Shown here one piece after another: positions 53,737-61,427 of a DNA stretch of 64,000 nt. Every line of letters starts with the position of its first letter. Position 1 is the stretch's first letter. Under the pieces are notes generated by a model, which worked only from the letters and a program-made list of their open reading frames with translations, ran no database searches and was not told the origin of the DNA. The position numbers and the translations under genes are program-made. Location of the stretch: positions 186,001 through 250,000 of the IMG/VR virus record IMGVR_UViG_3300035212_003113; one strand, written 5' to 3'.

Positions 53737-54090
53737 GTGAATTTTCTAGATTTTATTTTTCGCAAGTACGAGGAACCGGTTGAGCCAGCCGATGGCTATC
53801 TTACTCACTCACCTGTAACACATTCTATAATGCGTCCAGGCGTCTATGAGTGCTTTGGACGAGAAGTAAAGATCCTTGGATTCGACCAGGCCGGGCAGCT
53901 CTTTGCCACCTTATATATGTGCCACAAGGGTACCGGAGAATGCTCAGAATGGCGTACGCTGGGTTTCCATAGGATGTCCAGCGGAGATGGTGACGAGACG
54001 TGGGACTGTCTGATAGATAAGTGCGCAATCGTCCTTCACGCTGCTGAGCAAGGTGGAAGGCTTAAAGTAAAGATAGAGGTAGATAAATGA
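53737..54090 (+). CDS. Hypothetical protein
   Basis: SD AGGAG before GTG 53737; coupled to thyA. Confidence 0.6.
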   Translation: MNFLDFIFRKYEEPVEPADGYLTHSPVTHSIMRPGVYECFGREVKILGFDQAGQLFATLYMCHKGTGECSEWRTLGFHRMSSGDGDETWDCLIDKCAIVLHAAEQGGRLKVKIEVDK

Positions 54091-54941
54091 CAGAAGCAGC
54101 TTACCTAGATACAATGCGCCAGATAATAGATCATGGCATCGAAATAGGTGATCGCACAGGAGTAGGTACGCGAGCGATATTTGGAGCTCAGCTTAAATTT
54201 GATATGGCTGATGGGTTTCCTCTTTTGACGACACGTCGCATCGCATTCAGGATTGCATTTGAAGAAATGATGTGGTTTCTCAGAGGGCAGACCGATTCAA
54301 AGATCCTTGAGGGCAAAAAGATCAATATATGGAAGGGTAACTCTACCCGGCATTTTCTAGATTCTCGTGGCCTGCATCATCTGAGCGAAGGCGACATAGG
54401 GGCGGGATATGGTCACCAGTTACGAAATTTTAATGGTAGCGCTGCTTCTCCTGGCCATGATCAGCTAGCGGCAATTGTTTCAGAGGTCCAGAGAAATCCT
54501 CATAGCCGCCGCCACTTTGTTAGTTACTGGAATCCTCAGCAGGTTCTAACAGAAGCCGCTTTGCCGCCGTGTCATGTGAGTTGGGCGCTGCAGGTTGCCG
54601 CTGGTCGCCTTAATCTATCTTTTCAGATGAGGTCTAATGACTTTTACCTGGGGAATCCTACGAACATAGCTGGCTACGGTTTTTTGCTGCATGCTCTTTC
54701 AAGGCTATTTTCGCTTGAGCCAGGCTTGCTTGTATTCCAGGGCTCGGATGTGCACCTGTATTCCAACCAGCTAGAAAATGCCAAGATTCAGGTAACAAGG
54801 CAGCCACTGCAGCTTCCGCAGTTGCGGATAATTCCAGATCTGCAGTCACTTGACGACCTGCTGCGCCTAGAATTCTCAGACATAGAGCTGCTCAATTATA
54901 GTCATCATCCAGATCTGCCGAAAGTCGAGATGGCCGTATGA
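54087..54941 (+). CDS. thyA: Thymidylate synthase
   Basis: DRTGVGT, FPLLTT, YGHQLR, SRR, ALPPCH, MRSND..LG.P.N, DVHLY. Confidence 0.97.
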   Translation: MTEAAYLDTMRQIIDHGIEIGDRTGVGTRAIFGAQLKFDMADGFPLLTTRRIAFRIAFEEMMWFLRGQTDSKILEGKKINIWKGNSTRHFLDSRGLHHLSEGDIGAGYGHQLRNFNGSAASPGHDQLAAIVSEVQRNPHSRRHFVSYWNPQQVLTEAALPPCHVSWALQVAAGRLNLSFQMRSNDFYLGNPTNIAGYGFLLHALSRLFSLEPGLLVFQGSDVHLYSNQLENAKIQVTRQPLQLPQLRIIPDLQSLDDLLRLEFSDIELLNYSHHPDLPKVEMAV

Positions 54942-55393
54942 GAGCATTCCGGCTAATAGGCATCGCCGCTGTTTCAGAAAATGGTGTAATCGGAGCTGAC
55001 AACTCTCTGCCATGGAATTTGCCAGAAGACCTGGCTTGGTTCAAGAGCATTACTCTTGGTAGTACTCTTGCAATGGGTCGAGCTACATTTGAATCAATAG
55101 GGCGTCCTCTGCCTGGTCGTACCACGTATATACTTACGCGTAGCCCTCGCACAGAGATGGAGATCTCCTCAATCGACGACATATCCAAGCACACTGGGAG
55201 AGTTTTCCTCTGTGGTGGCTCAGAGATATATGCCAGGTATTTGTTTGAGTGTGACGAGCTGCTAGTTACCCGTGTTTTCGGCGAGTATGCAGGCGACAAA
55301 TATTTTCCTTATTTTGCTCACAAATTTTCGCTTGCAGAGATAATAAAGGAAACGGCTGCATTTCGTATAGAAAGGTATAGCAGAAACAAATGA
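54938..55393 (+). CDS. folA: Dihydrofolate reductase
   Basis: NGVIG..NSLPWNLPEDL, MGRATFESIGRPLPGR, CGG, GDKYFP. Confidence 0.96.
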   Translation: MRAFRLIGIAAVSENGVIGADNSLPWNLPEDLAWFKSITLGSTLAMGRATFESIGRPLPGRTTYILTRSPRTEMEISSIDDISKHTGRVFLCGGSEIYARYLFECDELLVTRVFGEYAGDKYFPYFAHKFSLAEIIKETAAFRIERYSRNK

Positions 55394-55821
55394 AAATATG
55401 CAAGGCAGAAATGAGATGGGGTACCGCAGACATCCGGGCTGCAGCTATAGAGAAGTGTTTTGCTGACTTGCTGTCGGAGTCGTCATACTCTTTTGAGAGT
55501 GGATCTGTTCAAAAAGCTGTCCTAAACAGTGGATGCTTGATTGACTCGGATGGCATAATGCCGATCCTTGTAGGAAGTATAGCAGAATTTATTTCATTCG
55601 AGGTCACGCCAGGAGAGAGCTACACATCAAGCGGGTCTCTGATAGACTATGCTGTGTCACAGTTTTATCAAGGGAGGCGGAGATCATCTGGCTGCTTTAG
55701 CTTGCGACTAAAGCTCGGTGCACAGGAAGTGCCGCTGCTTGCCGGAGGACTTGTGCTGGTGGCAGGCCGGGAGACGCCTAAATCATCAAGCTTTTTTGAG
55801 AGTTATCGCGATTTTGACTAA
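55390..55821 (+). CDS. Hypothetical protein
   Basis: ATGA overlap with folA. Confidence 0.55.
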   Translation: MKICKAEMRWGTADIRAAAIEKCFADLLSESSYSFESGSVQKAVLNSGCLIDSDGIMPILVGSIAEFISFEVTPGESYTSSGSLIDYAVSQFYQGRRRSSGCFSLRLKLGAQEVPLLAGGLVLVAGRETPKSSSFFESYRDFD

Positions 55822-55977
55822 AGAAGCAGACTATTCATATTTTATCTGAGCTGTGTGCTACGATAAATAATGGAAACAGCTCAATTAAAGTAGTAATAGA
55901 TACTATGGTACCATGAAGAAAGGCAGGCGCTGTCCAATCTGCAGGCGCAGGCGACAGAAAGGCCTCGGAGGAAGTTA

Positions 55978-56874
55978 GTGGCAAAGGTAGAGCCAGTTTT
56001 ACCTAAATTCTTGGTAAAGAATATAAGCGGCGGCGACCTGCTTATTCTTAACTCATTTCCTATTCGCCCAGGCCAAACAATCGACGTATACAAGTCTGCA
56101 GAGTACCAGTCTGATCGCGTAGATGTCACTAATATGATCTTGCGCGGCCTGGAGATGCCAGATGGCGACATTTATGTTAAATGGAAGATTAAGCGCAAGA
56201 TAGAGGTTCTTGAATTCCAGAATCCCAATTACCAGGGAAATGGAATTACTGCAAACAAGATACAGACGACGAACGACTACTTTGAGGGTGCTGTTCTATC
56301 TGTCGTCGGCGGCAAGCTCGTGTGGATGGATTCAGCAGCCAGTGCAATGGCTTCTGATTTCTTGCTTCTTGCTCCAGACAGTGGTCTTCCTAATAGCCGT
56401 GTTCTTACTGGAGAAGTTGGCGAAATAGATCTTCAGGATGCTGGGCCGGGCAGCAGCGTCAACATTGCTCTTGCAGATACTGCAGTCTCTCCTGGTAGCT
56501 ATGGCTCTACGCTTCAGATTCCTAACTTCACAGTAGACGGCAAAGGACGCATAACCTTTGCAGCAAATACGCCACTGCCTCCTATTGGCCAGAATATAAA
56601 TGGCATCAGAAGGGTGAGTACCGATGTATCAATCTCTTCCGAGACAGATTTTACGCTTCTTGTTGACGCCAGTGCTGGGCAGGTAGTCATAACATTGCCG
56701 ACACCAACAATCGATGGCATGCTCTTTAACATAAAGAAGGTCGACACTAGCGATAACTTCGTAGTAGTTTCGCCGGAGACAGGGCTGCTCGACGGAGACA
56801 GCACGCAGCTCATCATAGATCCATGGCAAAGCATGTCTGTTCAATCCCTTGATGGCGACTGGTTCATCATATAG
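55978..56874 (+). CDS. Virion fibre/adaptor protein with shared C-terminal beta domain
   Basis: TAVSPGSYG...FTVDGKGRITFA fibre repeat; TLP...IKKVD...DG...DGDWFII; SD GGAGG. Confidence 0.7.
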   Translation: MAKVEPVLPKFLVKNISGGDLLILNSFPIRPGQTIDVYKSAEYQSDRVDVTNMILRGLEMPDGDIYVKWKIKRKIEVLEFQNPNYQGNGITANKIQTTNDYFEGAVLSVVGGKLVWMDSAASAMASDFLLLAPDSGLPNSRVLTGEVGEIDLQDAGPGSSVNIALADTAVSPGSYGSTLQIPNFTVDGKGRITFAANTPLPPIGQNINGIRRVSTDVSISSETDFTLLVDASAGQVVITLPTPTIDGMLFNIKKVDTSDNFVVVSPETGLLDGDSTQLIIDPWQSMSVQSLDGDWFII

Positions 56875-56966
56875 CCGTTTGCGTTATCTTATAATAATTG
56901 TGTATAACGCGAAAGCAAAAGTGTAGCCAAGGAAAGCAGGAAGGTCAGCCAACAAAGGGAGCATAA

Positions 56967-58346
56967 ATGACCTTTAGACCATATACTGGTAAGGTCAGGC
57001 TTGGCGACTCGGATATCTTCCTAGATATTTCCGATTTTTCGCAGCCTGAATATGATGGATATGTACTTTCTCGTAGTGGAGAGACAATTGTCGCCACTCT
57101 TATCGGCCAGAGCAAACTGGCACTGTCAGAGCCTCAGAATCCAAGTGATGCCGCAACGAAGGCATACGTAGATTCAGTTGTCGCCTCGGTTGATCCGGCT
57201 GGCGACGTAGGCCAGATCCAGTTTAACCTGGATAACGACAACATGGGCGCCAGCCCGAATTTTGCATGGAATGACTCTACCAGCACCCTGAGTGTTTCTG
57301 GTAAGGTCTCAGTAAGTGGCGAATTCGTAATTGCCGAGAGCGTAAACCTGCCAGCCGGTCAGTCCGGTGCAGGCAAGCTGGCAGCCAAGGATAACGGAGC
57401 CCTGTACTTCGTTGATTCCGACGGCTACTCGCACTACGTAATGCCCGATGGCCTCGTGACGCTATCTGGTCTTTCGCCTGTTGTTGACTTCTCGCCAGAG
57501 CTGCCCTCATTCAGAACGATCAACCTTTCGGGCACAACTGCTTTCTCCGCTTCCAACTACGGCAGCGGCCGCGCAGTCAGCGTAAGAATGGTTGCTGGCG
57601 CTAGCACAAGAGCAATCAGTTTTCCAAATGGTTGGAAGTGGCTTGGCGGCGGCAGTGGTCCAACCTCTGTCCCAGCAAACAAGGTCGCGATGGTCTCGGT
57701 CGTATCCTATGGATCCGATGAGTCTGATGTAGTTGCCGGTTGGTCGTACACTGACTCTGCGGTTATCACTGGTAACGCCACCACTGGTCAAATAGCATTT
57801 TTCAATGGTGATCGTAATATTTCAGGCGAAACAAACCTGCAGTGGGATGCAGCTAATGATCGCCTGCTTATCGGCAGCGTAGCATCGCCAGCAGCAAGTC
57901 TGCATGTAGCAGGCACAGTTCAGGTCGATGGTACAGCGTCTTTCACTCAGTCGCCTTCTATGGGCGGCAACAGAGTTACGGATGTTGCTTCGCCTTCGGC
58001 AGATACTGATGCTGTTAACAAGAGCTATGTAGAGTCAAGAAGGCTATATAGCATACAGATGGTAACGGCAGACGCGTCTATTGAAGCCGACAAGGATCTT
58101 GTGTTCGTGGGCGGCGCTGGTAGTTCAGTACTTAGACTGCCTCTCGCCACTGTCTCGAATGCAGGCAAGGCCATTACGATCAAGAAGACGAATACAGGAG
58201 AAGCAGATCTCGTAGGCACTCAGATTGGCTCAGGCCAGTCGGTCGACGGGACGCAGGTCGACGGAACCTCCGTCTACTACAACATTTTCCTGCAGAATGA
58301 AACTGTCACGCTTGTTAGCGATGGCAGCAACTGGTTCGTAATCTGA
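56967..58346 (+). CDS. Fibre protein 1 (MTFRPY family)
   Basis: Shared N-terminus, DAATKAYVD/DAVNKSYV neck motifs, shared C-terminal domain ending SDGSNWFVI. Confidence 0.8.
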   Translation: MTFRPYTGKVRLGDSDIFLDISDFSQPEYDGYVLSRSGETIVATLIGQSKLALSEPQNPSDAATKAYVDSVVASVDPAGDVGQIQFNLDNDNMGASPNFAWNDSTSTLSVSGKVSVSGEFVIAESVNLPAGQSGAGKLAAKDNGALYFVDSDGYSHYVMPDGLVTLSGLSPVVDFSPELPSFRTINLSGTTAFSASNYGSGRAVSVRMVAGASTRAISFPNGWKWLGGGSGPTSVPANKVAMVSVVSYGSDESDVVAGWSYTDSAVITGNATTGQIAFFNGDRNISGETNLQWDAANDRLLIGSVASPAASLHVAGTVQVDGTASFTQSPSMGGNRVTDVASPSADTDAVNKSYVESRRLYSIQMVTADASIEADKDLVFVGGAGSSVLRLPLATVSNAGKAITIKKTNTGEADLVGTQIGSGQSVDGTQVDGTSVYYNIFLQNETVTLVSDGSNWFVI

Positions 58347-58394
58347 TAGACTGGGAAGGTCGCCGCCGCGTCGTCATGCGGCCTTTCCCGTCTA
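58347..58394. other. Long intergenic hairpin without T-tract
   Basis: TAGAC..GGGAAGGTCGC / GCGGCCTTTCCC.GTCTA. Confidence 0.55.
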
Positions 58395-58466
58395 ATAATA
58401 ATATAGCATAGTCCGCAAGCGAACATAGTTAGGTAAGCGAGCAAGCCTAAACAAATAGGAGTCCAC

Positions 58467-61229
58467 ATGACTTTTAGACCATATGCCGGAAAAGTCCGTC
58501 TTGGTGATTCGGACGTTTTCCTTGATATCTCAGAGCTGCAGGACGGGTATGTCCTTTCGCGCAGCGGCAGCGAAGTCGTTGCCACCCTAATCGGCCAGGA
58601 CAAGCTGGCCCTCGGCACCCCTTCACGCGGCTCAGATGCTGCGACGAAGGAGTACGTTGACGGCCTGGTTGATTCCGAAGAGGCCCGCGCCATCGCCGCA
58701 GAGTCTGCAATCCAGGCAGAAGTTGACGCAGAGGAAGTTGCCCGCGCAGCTGGTGACACGACTCTCACCACGAACCTCAATGCAGAGATTGCCCGCGCAA
58801 CCTCCGCAGAGGCCGGCCTGCAGAGCCAGATCAGCAGCATCGTCTCAAACGTTGACCCAGCTGCTCTCGACTCACTGACCGAGATCGTTGATGCTTTCCA
58901 GGGTGCCGACGGTTACATCCTCGATTCACTCGCCTCGCTCTCGACCGGTTCAAACTCGGCCCTCCAGGCAGAGATCAACCGTGCTACCGCTGCAGAAGTT
59001 GCCCTCCAGGCAGCTCTTGATGCAGAAGTAGTTGCTCGTGGCGCCGATGTTGATGCAGAAGAGGCTCGTGCAATGGCAGCAGAGGCTGATCTTGCCTCTG
59101 ACCTCTCCGACGAGGAAGCTGCCCGCATTGCAGGCGATGCAGCTCTTTCTGCCAGCCTTGCTGCAGAGGTTGCTCGTGCGACCGCCGCTGAGGGTGTCCT
59201 CACGACCAATCTCAGCAATGAGGTTGCCCGCGCAACCGCCGCTGAGGGCGTTCTGCAGAGCAACATCGATGCAGAAGAGGCCCGTGCTCTCGCCGCAGAG
59301 GCCGGTCTCCAGAGCGACATCGACGCAGAGGAGGCTCGTGCTCTTGCTGCTGAAGGCGCTCTTCAGAGCGAGCTTGATGCAGAAGAGGCCCGTGCTCTCT
59401 CGGCCGAAGGCGTTCTTCAGGACAATATCGATGCAGAGCAATCCGCTCGTGTATCGGCAGACAGCGTAGAGCAGGCTGCTCGTATCGCTGGCGACGCAGC
59501 ACTTCAGGCTGCTATCGATGCAGAGGCCGCTGCCCGCGCCGCTGGCGACCTTTCGCTCCAGGGCGATCTTACCTCCGAGGTAAATCGCGCAACTGCTGCA
59601 GAGGCCGCTCTGCAGGCAGAGATTGACGCAGAGGAAGTCCGCGCCGCTGCCGCAGAGGCAACGCTGACCTCCAACCTTGCAGCAGAGATTGCTCGTGCAA
59701 CGGCCGCAGAGGGCGTTCTTACGACCAACCTCAGCAACGAGGTTTCACGCGCAACTGCCGCCGAGACCGCTCTCCAGGGCGAGATCGACGCAGAAGAGGT
59801 CCGTGCTCTCGCAGCCGAGGCCGCCATTCAGGCAGAAGTCGATGCAGAAGAGGTTCGTGCCCTCGCTGCAGAGGCCGGTCTCCAGGGCGAGATTGACGCA
59901 GAGGAAGTTGCCCGCGCAGCTGGCGACACGACTCTCACCACGAACCTCAATGCAGAGATTGCCCGTGCAACCTCCGCAGAGGCCGGTCTGCAGAGCCAGA
60001 TCAGCAGCATCGTTTCGAACGTTGATCCAGCTGCTCTTGACTCGCTGACCGAGATCGTTGATGCCTTCCAGGGTGCCGACGGCTACATTCTCGACTCACT
60101 CGCCGCACTGTCGTCCGGTTCAAACTCCGCCCTCCAGGCAGAGATCAACCGTGCAACGGCTGCAGAGGTAGCTCTCCAGGCATCAATTGATGCCGAGGTC
60201 TCAGCCCGCACTGCAGACGTCAATGCAGAGGAGAGCCGCGCTCTCGCTGCAGAGGCAACCCTCCAGAGCAACATCGACGCAGAGGCAGTTGCCCGCGCAG
60301 CAGATGTTGATGCAGAAGAGGCTCGTGCACTTGCCGCCGAGGCAGGTCTCCAGAGCGATATCGATGGTGAAGAGGCCCGCGCTCTCGCCGCCGAAGGCGT
60401 GCTCCAGGGCAACATTGATGCAGAAGTTGCTCGCGCAACCGCTGCAGAGGGTGTTCTTACGACCAACCTCTCCAACGAGGTTTCCCGTGCAACGGCCGCT
60501 GAGGGCGTTCTTCAGGGCAACATCGACTCCGAGATTGCTCGCGCTCTTGCCGCAGAGGATGCACTCGATGCAGCCATCACTGCAGAAGAGACCCGCGCAA
60601 TGGCAGCCGAGTCCGCAGAGGCTGCTGCTCGTGCCGCTCAGGACACCGTCCTCGAGGGCATGATCAACACCGAGACCGTGAATCGCCAGGCTGATGTCGA
60701 TGCAGAAGAGGCCCGCGCTCTTGCTGCAGAGGCAGTTGTTCAGGCCGCCGTTGATGCAGAGGTTGCTCGCGCAACCGCCGCAGAAGGCGTCCTCACGACC
60801 AACCTGAGCAACGAGGTTTCCCGTGCAACCGCTGCAGAGACCGCTCTTCAGAGTGAGATTGATGCAGAGGAAGTTGCTCGCGCAGCAGCAGACTCGGCCC
60901 TTGATGGTCGCGTCGGCTCGCTCGAGGCAACCCGCGCTCGCATGTCGGGCGTCCAGAGCGTTTCGGCTGATGCAGGCGTTGCTGGCGACAAGGACATTGT
61001 CCTCGTCACCTGCTCGTCGGTTGACGTTGTTGTCACGCTGCCCGCAGCATCGTCTGCTTCCGGCCGCATGATCTTCATCAAGAAGATCGATGCCACCAGC
61101 CACGATGTCGTTGTCAAGTCGGTCTCCGGCTCCATCGACGGTACGGCTGCCAGCACCGGCAAGCACATCTACCTGCAGTACGAAGCAATGACCGTTGTTT
61201 CGGATGGCTCGAACTGGTACATCGTCTGA
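58467..61229 (+). CDS. Fibre protein 2: long Ala/Glu coiled-coil stalk
   Basis: Shared N-terminus, 18-residue repeats (AEGVLTTNLSNEVARATA), two DPAALDSLTEIVDAF necks, shared C-terminal domain. Confidence 0.85.
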   Translation: MTFRPYAGKVRLGDSDVFLDISELQDGYVLSRSGSEVVATLIGQDKLALGTPSRGSDAATKEYVDGLVDSEEARAIAAESAIQAEVDAEEVARAAGDTTLTTNLNAEIARATSAEAGLQSQISSIVSNVDPAALDSLTEIVDAFQGADGYILDSLASLSTGSNSALQAEINRATAAEVALQAALDAEVVARGADVDAEEARAMAAEADLASDLSDEEAARIAGDAALSASLAAEVARATAAEGVLTTNLSNEVARATAAEGVLQSNIDAEEARALAAEAGLQSDIDAEEARALAAEGALQSELDAEEARALSAEGVLQDNIDAEQSARVSADSVEQAARIAGDAALQAAIDAEAAARAAGDLSLQGDLTSEVNRATAAEAALQAEIDAEEVRAAAAEATLTSNLAAEIARATAAEGVLTTNLSNEVSRATAAETALQGEIDAEEVRALAAEAAIQAEVDAEEVRALAAEAGLQGEIDAEEVARAAGDTTLTTNLNAEIARATSAEAGLQSQISSIVSNVDPAALDSLTEIVDAFQGADGYILDSLAALSSGSNSALQAEINRATAAEVALQASIDAEVSARTADVNAEESRALAAEATLQSNIDAEAVARAADVDAEEARALAAEAGLQSDIDGEEARALAAEGVLQGNIDAEVARATAAEGVLTTNLSNEVSRATAAEGVLQGNIDSEIARALAAEDALDAAITAEETRAMAAESAEAAARAAQDTVLEGMINTETVNRQADVDAEEARALAAEAVVQAAVDAEVARATAAEGVLTTNLSNEVSRATAAETALQSEIDAEEVARAAADSALDGRVGSLEATRARMSGVQSVSADAGVAGDKDIVLVTCSSVDVVVTLPAASSASGRMIFIKKIDATSHDVVVKSVSGSIDGTAASTGKHIYLQYEAMTVVSDGSNWYIV
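58723..60182 (+). repeat. Near-identical ~290-bp direct repeat (58723-59012 and 59893-60182)
   Basis: Colinear at offset 1170 with mostly synonymous differences; related third copy near 62640-62870. Confidence 0.9.
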
Positions 61230-61256
61230 TAATTAGCTATTAAAGCTAATTAAGGC

Positions 61257-61286
61257 CCGGCCCCAGAGATGGGGCCGGTTCTTTTT
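61257..61286 (+). terminator. Intrinsic terminator
   Basis: CCGGCCCCA-gaga-TGGGGCCGG-TTCTTTTT. Confidence 0.9.
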
Positions 61287-61427
61287 CTATTAAAAAACTG
61301 GCGTTCTTGCGCGCTAGGATAGCATTTGGCGTTTCAGCGAGCTCGATGCTAGGGTACACTCTCTTGGTATGCAGAAGTCCCATGGCAAGAGTAAGTGAAA
61401 TCATAAAGGTAAAGCAGGAGTAAAAAG

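Noticed and set aside
55822-61427. tRNA genes in structured intergenic gaps
   Set aside because: No cloverleaf with a T-loop GTTCRA and acceptor stem found by eye; tRNAscan-SE/ARAGORN would be decisive
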